DNA from: the human T2T-CHM13v2.0 reference genome, Homo sapiens
Direction: 5' to 3' (one strand)
Length of the DNA: 64,000 nucleotides
Assembly: GCF_009914755.1 (NCBI RefSeq)
Contig: NC_060932.1
Shown here: piece after piece, positions 16,113 through 28,215 of the stretch
How the letters are laid out: each line of letters begins with the position of its first letter
Numbering within the stretch: the first letter of the stretch is position 1
Made by a program: the position numbers and the translations under genes
Notes under the pieces: model-generated
The model's database searches: none
Told to the model about the DNA's origin: nothing
Seen by the model: only the letters and a program-made list of their open reading frames with translations

Positions 16113-16404
16113 AAGCCAACCATTACAACTGTAATAAACTACTACAGCCCACAAAATCTGAAGTAAGCAGCAAGAAATACTGAAGAACACCTTAAAAATT
16201 TCAATAACTATGTTGAAGATTTCAGGCAACAAATTTTGATATGTGCACACAATTTGGACAAAATCACACTGCAAAGCTTGCAGTATTAAGACAGCTCCAG
16301 GCCATTTGTAGACAAACCTTAATTTCTCTTTTCTGTGTTACTCTATTCACTGTTTCATTACTTAGAAACTATATCTGAAGAGTTCTAGCTCATTGGGCAA
16401 ATGT
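16113..16404 (+). pseudogene. Pseudo-exon 4 (KPTITTVINYYSPQNLK*AARNTEEHLKNFNNYVEDFRQQILICAHNLDK...FSVLLYSLFHYLETISEEF*LIGQM)
   Basis: Acceptor TTCTTTGCTGAG|AAG| (NAGNAG, same frame) and donor T|GTAAAT at 16405. Phase 0 in, phase 1 out. Stops at 16164, 16287, 16320 and 16386; the middle two disappear under a compensating -1/+1 frameshift. Confidence 0.7.
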
Positions 16405-16556
16405 GTAAATGTGTGTGTGTCTGTGTGATGCTTTTTTATTTAAAATAATTATGCTAGAAAAAAGTATTATTTTATGACTAGCTTTATAAAACATACTAAC
16501 ACTGAATAAGTTTTGCTAATTTGAGGAACATTTAATTATTATTTTATATGGTGCAG

Positions 16557-16664
16557 TTTCAAATGAGATGCAGTAGCTCATTGAGAGTGCTACTATGGAT
16601 AAAATTTATAAATTGACAGGGAAATTTTAACAAGTGTACAGATGTCAGCACTTTCTTTTTAACT
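16557..16664 (+). pseudogene. Pseudo-exon 5, 108 bp (SNEMQ*LIESATMDKIYKLTGKF*QVYRCQHFLFN)
   Basis: GGTGCAG| acceptor after a 152-bp intron; donor T|GTTAAGT. Phase 1/1. Stops at 16574 and 16628. Confidence 0.65.
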
Positions 16665-17664
16665 GTTAAGTCTTTGTATGCCATATACTTTCTGTCTTAT
16701 ATTCCAATGTAATAAAAAGGATTTTATTAAGATATTCACTAGAGTGAAGTAAAATTTAAATTATTTGACATGGACCATCTGAATAATTGCCTTAGTGTTT
16801 TGGTCCATCTTGATACTGGAAAAACTAGCCAGCCTAATTGTTATTTGTTAATAAACTTTCTTAAAAAATTCTTGATTTTTTCTCAATATGGCATAAATAA
16901 AATAAATGCTTGTTGAATTGTCAAATGTCAGGATTTAGTTCCTGAGAAACTTAGGGAAAATGTAGGTTAAAATGTCATAATGTCAACTTTGCATGTTCTG
17001 ATAAGTTCCTTCTTCATTCTTTGTTGATGGGTCACAAATCAGATTTGAGGCTAAAACTGTTGTTTCTACTGTGGTTATTCATTTAAAAATAGATCCATGT
17101 ATATTGCACTGAGTCCATTTATCTTTGTCTCACTCCAAAAATGGGTAAGATACATGAAGAAACAGTTTAAACTGACCTCAAACATAATAGAGTTCTGATC
17201 ATTGTTCATAATAAGAGAAATGCAAGTTAAAACCACTTCAGATAAAATTTCTTAACCATCAGAGAAAAATCCAAAAGTTAAACAAAATACTCCAGGGTCA
17301 TTTTTGGAAGTTGATATGGTACTAATTAATTATTTTGATAACATTTAAATCAAAGGAAATAATGATATATCTTGCTTTTCATTTTTCCCCTTATTTTTAA
17401 CCAGCTTTATTGAGGTGAAGTTGAAACTAATCTGCACACATGTAATATGTAGAATGAGTTAACTTCACCATCGAGACAATGAAGATATTCACAGCCTTCA
17501 ACAGATTTGGATGCCCCTTGGTAATCCCTTCTATCTGTCCATGTTCTCCAACCTCCCCAAATTCCAGATAAACAATTATCTACTTTCTATGACTATGGAT
17601 TAGTTTGCTTTGATGTTTGTATCAAAATAGAAACAAAGGTATTGATCACTGGTTACGTTCACTG

Positions 17665-17980
17665 TTTTTTGTTTGTTTGTTTTGTTTTGTTTTGTTTTTG
17701 AGACAGAGTATCACTGTCACCTAGGCTGGAGTGCAGTGGCAAGATCATATCTCACTGCAACCTGGAACTCCTAGACTCAAGTGGTCCTCCTGCCTCAGCC
17801 TCTGGAGTTACCAGGACTACAGGAATGTGCCACCATGTCCAGCTAATTTATTATTATTTGTTTAACGATGGAGTCTCACTATAGTGCCCAAGCTCTTCTA
17901 ATACTCCTGGGAGCAAATAATCCTCTTGTCCTGGCATTCCAAAACTCTAGGACCACAGGCATAAACCACCACACATGGCC
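17665..17980 (-). mobile_element. AluJ-like
   Basis: Diverged antisense dimer with a (GTTTT)n tail. Confidence 0.88.
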
Positions 17981-18006
17981 GTTTGTTTTTAAAGATGAAA
18001 GTAATT

Positions 18007-18125
18007 AGAGTAGCGGTTTTTAAAGTCTGCTTCCTGTACCAACAGCATAAGCACCACTTGGGAACTTGCTGTCAATACAGATTCTTGAGACTCACACCAA
18101 AGTTACTGAATTAGAAATCCTGCTA
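18007..18125. mobile_element. MER5-type DNA transposon fragment
   Basis: CAGCATAAGCACCACTTGGGAACTTG...CAGATTCTTGAG...TACTGAATTAGAAA resembles MER5A. Confidence 0.6.
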
Positions 18126-18499
18126 TCGTCTGGGCTGATCTAGATTAGAAATATCTATCAATACCAATTCCATTCAGATTATTTTAAAAGTGGTAGGTAT
18201 TGCATATTTAATCTTGTTTTTTCTTATTTGAATTACATTTTAAGCTAACAATGAAAGAGAAGTTAATCATTATATAAATATTTTAACCATCAAATAAAGA
18301 ATGATAGGATTAGAATTTCATCATTTTGCAACCCATGATGAAACACATGTAATAAGCAATGGTCATCAATTTAGCAAGGAAATGTTAAGACCAAAAAGCG
18401 AGATAAATAAAGATCCTGGCTCTCTTGTAAAATAGAAAACAACATGTATAAAGTATTCAACAATATCCAGAATTAGATATATTACTTACATATACTTAT

Positions 18500-19040
18500 A
18501 AGTGCAGAATAAACTACCCCAAAACTTATTGGCTTTAAATGACCATAATCAATTATTAGGTCTCACGAATCTAAGAGTTATGTCAGACAGGGCACTGCAC
18601 ACACTCTTTGTTTCTGCTCCACACAGCTGAGTCTTCAGGAGGAAGATTTGAAGGACAGGGCTGAAATTATCTGAAGGCTTATTTATTCACATGTCTAGTG
18701 GCTGATATTGGTTGTCAGCTGAGGCTCTAAGTGGGCTGTCAACCAAAATATCTACGTGCTGGCATTCCCATGTGTCTTGTCCTCCGCCAAACATGATGAT
18801 GGTGGTTGGGTTCCAACATCAACATTTGGGGAAAAAGAGCAAGAGAGTCAGGTCAAAATGGTATCTTTTTTGAGCTAGTCATGGACATTGCATAGCATCA
18901 CATTTACTATACTGCATTATTCAGAACAGTCACAACCCTTGCCCAAATTTAATGGGAGAAACAAACTACACCTCACAGTGAGATTGCAAAACATTGTAAA
19001 ATGGGTGTGCTCAATGGCATAAACATACAGGTGTGGCCAG
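18500..19040 (-). mobile_element. MLT1-type LTR
   Basis: AAACTACCCCAAAACTTATTGGCTTTAAA start, ATTCACATGTCTAGTGG and GCATCACATTTACT motifs of antisense MLT1. Confidence 0.6.
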
Positions 19041-20035
19041 TTTGGGAACATCTAAATTACTTAAATGACAAAACTGTAATAGGAGAAATGAGATTTTCCA
19101 ATCCCTTCCACAAATAAATTTGAAGAAAAAAATAAGAGACGGAAGGGAAACTACCAAATCGAGGATAACTTAAGAGGTGTATCAATTAATTGTGATCTAT
19201 AGACCATCTTGGAATTTTTATTAAAACAAGCTGCATCAAAAGTTGGAGAAAATTGGGGTAATTTGAACAAAGGCAGAATATTTGGCGATGTTAAAAAATT
19301 GTTATTTTTGTTTAGTAATAGTGTTATTTTTTTTATTTTTGAGAGTCTATAACTTAGAGTTACATACTAGATTATAAATGAATAACATAATTTGTGTTCT
19401 GCAATTTGATTGATGATAATCGGTGACCGAAAGAATGTGGGTGTATCAATGTGATTAAGTTAGATCACAATTTAATAATTATTAATTTCTGAATTGGGTT
19501 AATGGGTGCCTAAGAATACAATATACTGTTAATATTCTATATACTATACTATTAGATATTACTCATATAAATATAATATATGGTATGTACTTTTGTCTAC
19601 ATGTTAGAAAGATTCCATTATAAAAAGTTTAATGAGCAAGATAAAGTCTAGGAATAGTTTGAGAGAATTTTATTACCTTCCTACCTTGAAAACTTTATGA
19701 ATCCTTAAATATTAACCAGAATTAAAGATCAGACAAGTGGCAATTGCTTTCAGAAGTCTGATCATCATTCAGTGTTTATGATCCTGAATAAAAAAATTTC
19801 TGAGATGAAGGTGATGTCAATATCAATCACGATATATTTGTGGTTGTAAGTTTTCTGGTTTTGTTGTAAAATGGTAATGGTATAAGAAGCCTTTTGGCTT
19901 GATTGGAGAAAATAAAATGTAAAATGTTTTACATATCAAGCCATTGATTTCTTTTTTTAAAAAAGCATGCCTAATGAGTATCTGCACTATGCTATGCATG
20001 TGGGTTTTCATTATTATAGGAGTGTAGTGTAATTT

Positions 20036-20332
20036 GACTGGGTGCAGTGGCTCATGCCTGTAATCCTATCACTTTGGGAGGCTGAGGCGAGCGGATCACT
20101 TCAGGTCAGGAGTTCCAGACCAACCTGGCCAACATGGTGAAACCCCATCTCTACTAATAATACAAAGATTAGCCAGGTGTGGTGGTGGGTGCCTGTACTC
20201 CCAGCTACTCAGGAGGCTGAAGCAGGAGAATCGCTTCAACCCGGGAGGCAGAGGTTTCAGTAAGTCAAGATCTTGCCAATGCACTCCAGCCTGGGTGACA
20301 GAACGAGACTATGTCTCAAAAAACAAACAACA
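20036..20332 (+). mobile_element. AluS, full length
   Basis: Canonical dimer with an (AAAC)n tail. Confidence 0.93.
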
Positions 20333-20389
20333 GAGTGTACTGTAATTTATTTCTATTTCTTCTACACACACATACACAGAAAATCAGTG

Positions 20390-20729
20390 ACTATGATGGT
20401 CCCACCATGTCCATGGTTTCAATTTATTTCCATCATTTCAGTTAACCTCCATCAACCATGGCCCAAAAATATTAAATGAAAAATTCCAGAAATAAACAAT
20501 TCATAAGTTTTAAATTGTACAAAGTTCACAATAGTACGAAGAAATCTCCTGCAGTGCCACTCTGTCCTGCTGAGATGTGAATCTTTCCTTTGTACAGTGT
20601 ATCTGGGCTCTATGTACTGCTACCTGCCTCTTAGTCACTTAGTGCCATCTCAGTGATCAGAGATGATGATCAAATTGAGTGTCATGATCTCACAGTACTT
20701 GTTTTCAGTGACCCTTCCTTATTTTTTAA

Positions 20730-20777
<48 letters not shown>

Positions 20778-20987
20778 AGATGGTGTTTTTGGCATGTTGC
20801 CCAGGCTAGTCTCAAACTCCTAGGCTCAAGCAATCCTCTTGCCTCAGCCTCCAGAGTAGCTGGGATTACAGGCGCATGCCACTAGGCCCCAGATAAGTAA
20901 CCCTTACTTAACAATGGTCCCAAAGCACAAGAGTAGTAATGCTGGCAATTCAGATATGCTAAAGAGAAGCTATTAAGTGCTTCTTTT
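20390..20987. mobile_element. MER44/Tigger7-type DNA element, interrupted by an Alu monomer
   Basis: AAAATATTAAATGAAAAATTCCAGAAATAAACAATTCATAAGTTTTAAATTG; resumes at ~20895 with CAAAGCACAAGAGTAGTAATGCTGGCAATTCAGATATG. Confidence 0.75.
20722..20890 (-). mobile_element. Alu monomer (FLAM-like) with (TA)n microsatellite at ~20732-20773
   Basis: Single antisense arm GTTGCCCAGGCTAGTCTCAAACTCCTAGGCTCAAGC preceded by a TA dinucleotide run. Confidence 0.75.
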
Positions 20988-21270
20988 GTTATAGGACCAA
21001 CAGATTTCTAAGTCTGCTGCATAGTAACAGTCCAATTCCATGGAGATAGCAGGATTTGCGGCAGATTAATGATTGTAGGGGACCTTCAAATCTATCTCCC
21101 TGAGGTATTCTGGGCTGGAGTTGTTAAGAGGGTCAAAGAGAGTGAGAGGCTGGAAAATTGGGTTCGTTGATTGGTTGGGGCAAGGGGGATGAAGTCATCT
21201 AGATGTGGACACTGCATTATTTGTTGAGTCAACTCCTCATGGGATCCTTATGATCAGCGAGAGCTGAGTG
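20988..21270 (-). mobile_element. ERV1 (MER4-group) LTR fragment
   Basis: Starts TGTTATAGGACCAACAG; CAAATCTATCTCCCTGAGG and GATTGGTTGGGGCAAGGGGGATGAAGTCATC are typical of MER4-group LTR antisense. Confidence 0.65.
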
Positions 21271-21944
21271 CATCACTGGGGAAGCATAATAATAGTTAGG
21301 AGTATATGTCTGGCTTGATCACCGCCATGTGCAATGTACCTAGCAGCGTACCAAGCCATAGCAGTCATCCACATTTTATGATTGGAGGCATTTCTGAATA
21401 TAGTGAATAAATTTCTGAATATAGTGTCATCATTGTTTAAAGCATTTGCTGACAAGTCATTCTTATTAATGTATAGCTTTTTCTGGAGGTAATTACAGTT
21501 CTCATTTTAAAAGGGATAAGAATATAACCTTCCACCTGCCCAAAAATATTATTCCAGTAGCCTTCCATAGTTGTCAAACTTCAAGTCTATAACTAATAAA
21601 TTTCCTTTTTAGTTGACTTTTTTTCTCTAGATGACCTTTTATCAAATTTATTAAAAAATCCAATATGGGAATTGACATAGAGATTATAAAAAGTGTTTTT
21701 AATACTAGTTATTGTTTTGGACAATAGAAAGCAGACTCTTAAGAATGTTAATTCTGTAAACAAACATATGCATATCGAGCTCCAGAATTTTAAGAGTAGA
21801 GGGATCTAGAGATAATAAAAGTAGAGTATGAGATGCATTTCTGGGTGGAAAATCACAAATAGGGAATGAGAGGTGGGAAAATGTATAGCTGCAATCTTGG
21901 GGACATAACCGAGAGGGTAGAATAAATGCTACAGGAAAGTGTGT

Positions 21945-21980
<36 letters not shown>
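21945..21980. repeat. (ATG)12 microsatellite
   Basis: Perfect trinucleotide run. Confidence 0.95.
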
Positions 21981-23450
21981 TTCTATACTTCATAAATTTG
22001 ACTGAGGCTGAACTTGAAACAAAAATAAAGTTGATTGATGCCAGGAAGTTCTCTGAAAATTTTTGTTCATTTGTTTAATGTTATAAACCATACCAAAAAT
22101 CACTAGGAAAAATGAAGTTAAGTATGAAGTATTATCATTAATCATATCTAAACATTGTCATTATTCACTGTATGTTGATTTGCTAAACTTTCTTTTACCC
22201 TTGGTTGCTTTGGGAGTTCTCTTCCTCACTTAATCCAAGATAAGATAATTGTGTAACAATGGAAAAGGAAAGCTATTCAAGATTGATGAAAGAGGATTCC
22301 ATCTTGCCAGTGCCCCTTATCCATGATATGTCCTTGAAAAATGCTTTAATATATTTGAATCATGGATATGATATTATAAATAGAACACTTTATTGCATGG
22401 GATTATTTGAAATAATGCAAGTTTAATTGAAAACATGCTTTATACATTATAAAACATTATACAAACACACACACAAACACACAAACTGGTAGTATTATCA
22501 TTGACCATTTTTACACTTGGTATGCTTAATTCAGATTAGATATTTGTTTATATTAATTTCCAAAATACACATCACATTATAATCTTCTACTCCTTTCAAT
22601 TATATAGCAATATTTTTGTCATTCTCAAATTCAAAAGGCAAAATTTTCTCCAATTTGTTTGAAACTATTTGTTCAAGCCCACTTACAGAATAAGTAACCC
22701 ATTTCCACTGGAATGCATGCTCACTAGGTTAGATCAAAATCAGATGCCTTGACTTCCTGACCGTTAACATACATACAACTCTGTGTTTAAAACAAAAAAC
22801 AAAAAAAATGTGAACAATCATACCATTAAACTCATAAACCTAAAAATAATAAAAGCAGATTAAAAAAAAAAAAACAACGGCCAGTTGATAGAAGTTTCCC
22901 TAAATACAGAGAAAGTCTAAGAATGACTACCTTGGGGAACACCAGTACAAAGAGAAAACTCACCAGCAGGAAGCAGAAGAATCCAGGGAGCAAAAATTTC
23001 GACAGATAAAATACTTTATATACTGGACTTTATTGAGTGATTTGTCTATCTTTCCGATCTTAGCTCTATTAAATGCATGCCCTGGGCACATTTACTAGTT
23101 AAAACAAACACGAAAACAAAAATCAGACATTTCCAACTGTCTCTGCCCCTCTTTCCAGTCCCTACTGTGCTTCAGCTAATGTAAAAATGTTAGGGTATAT
23201 AATTTTGCTATGAAATAGTTACTCAGTAAAATGGCATAGATTCATTTTAATGAGATCTTTAAAACAGACGGGGATATTTTAGCTGCCCTCAAACCTTTTG
23301 CTTGAACAATTCACTTTGTAATTAGTGGTGTGGTAAAAGTTTCCTTTAAAAGGGGTAGGAACTGAATACATTTTCAAACTGTCATGAGAAAACCTGTGAA
23401 ACACAAGTGATCCGTGAGACAATTTTTTTTAACACTTATTTTCTTTACAG

Positions 23451-23525
23451 TGGGCAATTCAAAATGCCATGAGTAATTTTCCATTTTTCATCATGTTGTT
23501 TACTCCCTGGAGTTTCATGAAAATG
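23451..23525 (+). pseudogene. Pseudo-exon 6, 75 bp (GNSKCHE*FSIFHHVVYSLEFHEN)
   Basis: Strong acceptor CACTTATTTTCTTTACAG| and donor G|GTAAAC. Phase 1/1 with TAA at 23474. Another frame (WAIQNAMSNF...) is stop-free but does not fit the flanking phases. Confidence 0.62.
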
Positions 23526-24454
23526 GTAAACAATTGGATAAATGCAATTAAAGTGGCGGAGGTGGTCTTTAAAAATAATTTCCTTTTATGTCTGCCCCTC
23601 TGATTTTCTTTCATTATAAAATAGGTCTTTTCATTTTTATTGCTATGTATCTTTTTTTGTTTAATGTGAGTTTTTTTCTTCCCTATTTATATTTTCCATC
23701 ATTATTTTGCTAGCCAAACCTGCACAGAGTAATATAATTCTTATAGCAAAAATCTCTTTTCTACTTAGATGTACAAGATATTCTCTGCAATATTTAACAG
23801 CAAAAATAAGAAGGTAAGATTTTAAAGTCAGTCTCCTTCATAAACTATCAAAAACGAAATCTTCCTGACAAAGGTTTAAATATTTTAACACATGCTAACG
23901 AAAGTAACCTATAGCAATTTCGTTCATATAGAAATATTTGTTGCTTAGGAACCAACATATTTACATGAATTATTTTGTGCAACTGACAATAGAAAAACTG
24001 AACTAAGATAAAAATAACTGCTTTATATATTTGTTTATTTTGTATATTGAATTTGATTCCTTGAATTTGATCTCTATGTTCCACTGGATACATTCTATAA
24101 TTTGTTTCTGCTTATTATTTTTTAGGCATGTTGCTTTGAATGATTCCCTCAGTTATGTAAACCAGTTTGAAAACAAATTAAACTATTATTATCCTTTTAT
24201 TTCTCTATAGCCCTGACCCTGTGAACTCAAATTTTCAGTCATATACCGAGCTCTCTAAGTGCATTTGTCTCTCAGATCTTGCTCTTGCACAAGCTCCACT
24301 TCTGGTTTGAGAACCTTAGCTTTTGCCTTAAGATTCCACTTAAGCTCACACTTTCACAAGATTCCTCTAGTTCTCTCAGCTCCATTCTTGCCAAATGTAT
24401 TTGTTTGGACTTTGGGATTCTACAGATTCTGTTTTGTTTCAGAGATTTTATTCA

Positions 24455-25665
24455 TACCTTTGGTGTCTGTTTACTCAGCTGATTATTTATTTTGCTGTGC
24501 AGGTTTTTAGTTTAATTAGGCCCCATCGATTTATATTTGTTTTTGTTGCATTAGCTTTTAGATTCGTGGTTATGAACTCTTTGCCTATGCCAATGTCTAG
24601 AAGAGCTTTTCTAGTTTTATCTTTTAGAATTTTTATGGTTTCAGGTCTTACATTTAAGTTTTTGATCAATCTTGAGTTGATTTTTTGTATTAGGTGAGAG
24701 ATGAGGATCCAGTTTCATTCTTCTACCTGTGGCTTGCCAAGTATCCCAGCACCATTTGCTGAATAAGGTGTCCTTTCCCCACTTTATGTTTTAGTTTGCT
24801 TTGTCAAAGATCAGTTGGCTGTAAATATTAGTCTTTATTTTTGGGTTCCCTATTCTGTTACATTTGTCTGAAGCCTATTTTTATACCAGCACCAGCATGT
24901 TTAGGTAACTATACCCTTGTAGTATAGTTTGAAGTTGGGTAATGTGATGCCTCCAGATTTGTTCTTTTTCCTTAGTCTTGCTTTGGCTACGTGGCATTTG
25001 TTTGTTTGTTTTTGGTTCCATATGAACTTTAGAACTGCTTTTTATTATCCTGTGAAGAATGATGATGGTATTTTGATAGGAATTGCATTGAATTTGTAGA
25101 TTGTTTTTGGCAGTATGGTTATTTTCACAATATTGATTCTACCTGTCCATGAGCATGGGATGTGTTTCCATTTGTTTGTGTCATCTATGATTTATTTTAG
25201 CAGTGTTTTTGTAGTTTTCCTTGTAGAGATCTTTCACCTGCTTGGTTAGGTATATTTCTACATATTTTATTTTGCAATTGTTGTAAAAGAGGTTGAGTTA
25301 TTGATTTGATTCTCAGCTTAGTCGCTGTTGGTGTATAGCAGTGCTACTGATTTGTGTACACTGATTTTGTATCCTGAAACTTCACCGAATTTATCAGATC
25401 TAGGAGCTTTCTGGATGAATTTTTAGGGTTTTCTAGGTATACGATCTTATCATCTGTGAACAGTGACAGTTTGACTTCCTCTTTACCGATTTGGATGCCC
25501 TTTATTTCTTTCTCTTGTCTGATTGCTCTGGATAATACTATGTTGAATAGAAGTGGTAAAACTGAGCACCCTTATCTTATTCTGGTTCTCAGGGGGAATG
25601 CTTTAAACTTTTCTCTGTCATCTGTTCAGTATAATGTTGGCTGTGAGTTTGTTATAGATAGCTTT
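24455..25665 (-). mobile_element. L1 ORF2 fragment (L1PB/old L1PA type)
   Basis: Antisense ORF2 remnant: [12 protein letters not shown]...DIGIGKEFIT...WGLIKLK. Confidence 0.88.
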
Positions 25666-27689
25666 TTTTTTTTAAATCAAAGTGAATCTAGGTCATACCT
25701 AAGAAACAGTTAAAACAACATCTCTAAGGCCCAATAGAGATAAAGTGGTTGAGAAATTTCTTCCTTGCCATTGGGTCAACTATATGAACCAGAATGAAAG
25801 TGATTGGGACACTCTTTATATGGTTTCTACAGTCACTCTTCTGAGGCATTTTAAGAGCAATGAGGATCAGATAATCAATGTGTTGTATTATTTTCTCATC
25901 TTCACCTCTGGACTATGAGCTTCTAGAAATAATGATTTCATATTCTATCTGGATATCCCAAGAAAAGAGGTCTTAGAATATAGATGATGTTTAATAATTT
26001 TTTCTTGAAATAATTGATAAAAGAGAGAGTGAAATTAAATGACCACAAAATTGTCACAATTAAATGACCAACAAAAGAAATTCATCAAAGAATTACAATT
26101 TCTAAATATAGGCATGCATTTGAATTATATCTACTTCATTGAACATTTTTTCCCAATTAATAGAAAATCTCTAGCAGAGTTCTAAATAGTGTAATACAGT
26201 GTTAAGGATTATGTTATGCTTTAATTATGAAAAAAGAAAAGGGTTAAGTGATTCTAATAACATCCCAAATTAAATTTTTTGAAACCATATAAACACATAT
26301 TTTTAACTTATTTTTCTACTTTCTTATGTCTTTAATTAGTATTTAATCACTTTAAAATTATATTTAGTTAATTAAACTACTCCTGACAGCTCCCACTAAG
26401 CAAATGTTTGCTTTTTCTCCCAAAGAAAATTTTAAGAACATTCATCTGAAATGTTTTCTTGGCCCTGTACATGGATAACTCCCAAATAAATGTCTTCTGC
26501 AATTTCCTTCAAAAAAGAAACATATAAGTTCAGTAAACTATTGTGTTACAAAGATGCTTGGAAAGCCTCTTAATGAGAGCTGTCATATTACTGGGCTAAG
26601 GATTCTCAGGCAAATAGACGAGATGAAATGAGTTAAAATTTCAGAAAAATATCCCTATGTTTTTAAAGAACCAGCAGGAAAAAGAGGAGCCTCACTATTG
26701 GATAGCCAAGTCCTCAAAAAAATAGTGTATATTCACTTCACTTTAGCTATCTAATCATAGAATTTGTCTCTTACTCTTAATGGAGTCAGTTACTTTTAAT
26801 GGAGTCCGTTTTTTAGTCAAGTTTTGAAACATCTTTACTGATAAAATTAAATGAGTTATCTAAGTCATGATATCAACTGTATGCTCTGGTATTAACATTG
26901 TAATTTATGTATGCGCTTAACACTAGACCTGTTTACTTTTTAATTATTAAATTATATAAACAATACGTAATTTTTTCCATCGTAAAAAATATCCAACAAC
27001 ACTAAAGTACATACTGATTTTTTAAAATGTGATATCACACCATATATTCTTTGGTGGAGCATATGTTTTCATGTTTCTGTATTTTGACAATTTTTTAGTC
27101 CAATAGAAACATTTTTCTCATTGTCTTAAACCATAGCTTCATATTCCACTGTATGGAATTACCACAACGATGGGCATTTGAGCTATTTTCTTTTCTTTCT
27201 TTTTAGATTTTTTTTTTTAAAACAAAGCCTTGCCAGCAGATACATTTTATTATAACCATTACCTTCTTTTTCCCTTTCATTTATATTCATCTATAAAATG
27301 GCAAAACAGCTAGTAAACTTAATTGCTTTACCTTCCAAAAGCTTCATGTTTCTTATCTTTTAGTTTCTTCCTACCACAATATATTTGCAGAAATGTGAAG
27401 TACAGTATATCTCACCAATGAATTTTTTAAAAAGCAAGTGGATAGATATAATTTATAAAAATGCTACATGGCTGATAACTGCTTAATTCTTTCCCGGTTT
27501 TCGTATTTGTTTTTCTGTTTTTTTGTTTGTTTCTTTTGGTAAGATACTTGGTGAATTGAGATAGAGCTCACGTGAGTGGGAAATAAGAGAATATTTCAGT
27601 AAAAATATTTTTGAGAACTTCAGGACTCACAAATATGCCCAAATAACAGCTCTTGTTCATCTTTATTTTATTACTTGATATCTGACCTA

Positions 27690-28215
27690 CCTTCTTATTG
27701 TGTATTCTTGGTACCCTTGTCGAATAGTTGATCTTTATGTGTAAGTTTGTGGCCTGGGATCTTTATTCTGTTCCATTGGTCTCTATGTTTATTTTTATGC
27801 AAATATCTTACCACTTTGATTATTATGACTTTATAATAAAGTTTGAAATCAGGAATTGTGATGCCTCCTGCCTCCAACTGTGTTCTTCTATTTCCAGATT
27901 TATTTAGCTACTTAGGGCTTTATGTGGTTCCATGTGAATTTTAAGACATTAAAAACAATTTCTGTGAAAAATGTAATTGGAATGTCATTAAGAATTGCTT
28001 TGAATCAGTACTGCACTTTGGGTAGTAGAAACATCTTGACAATATTAAGTTTTACAATCCATGGATGTGAGATATCTTTTCATTAATTTGTATATTATTC
28101 AATTTCTTTTATCAGTGTCTTATAGTTTTCAATGTAGAGATTTTTCACCTCTTTGGTGAAATTTATTCCTGAATATTTCATTGTTTTGATGCTATTTTAA
28201 ATGAAATTGTAAAAT
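27690..28215 (-). mobile_element. L1M ORF2 fragment
   Basis: Antisense translation [14 protein letters not shown]. Confidence 0.85.

Noticed and set aside
16164-16600. Resemblance of KLAVLRQLQAICRQT...SLFH...MQxLIESA to the F-BAR C-terminal helices of ARHGAP29/ARHGAP45
   Set aside because: Local, from memory, and needs two gaps. The DH-PH reading explains motifs across all exons in order. Kept only as an alternative for profile searches.
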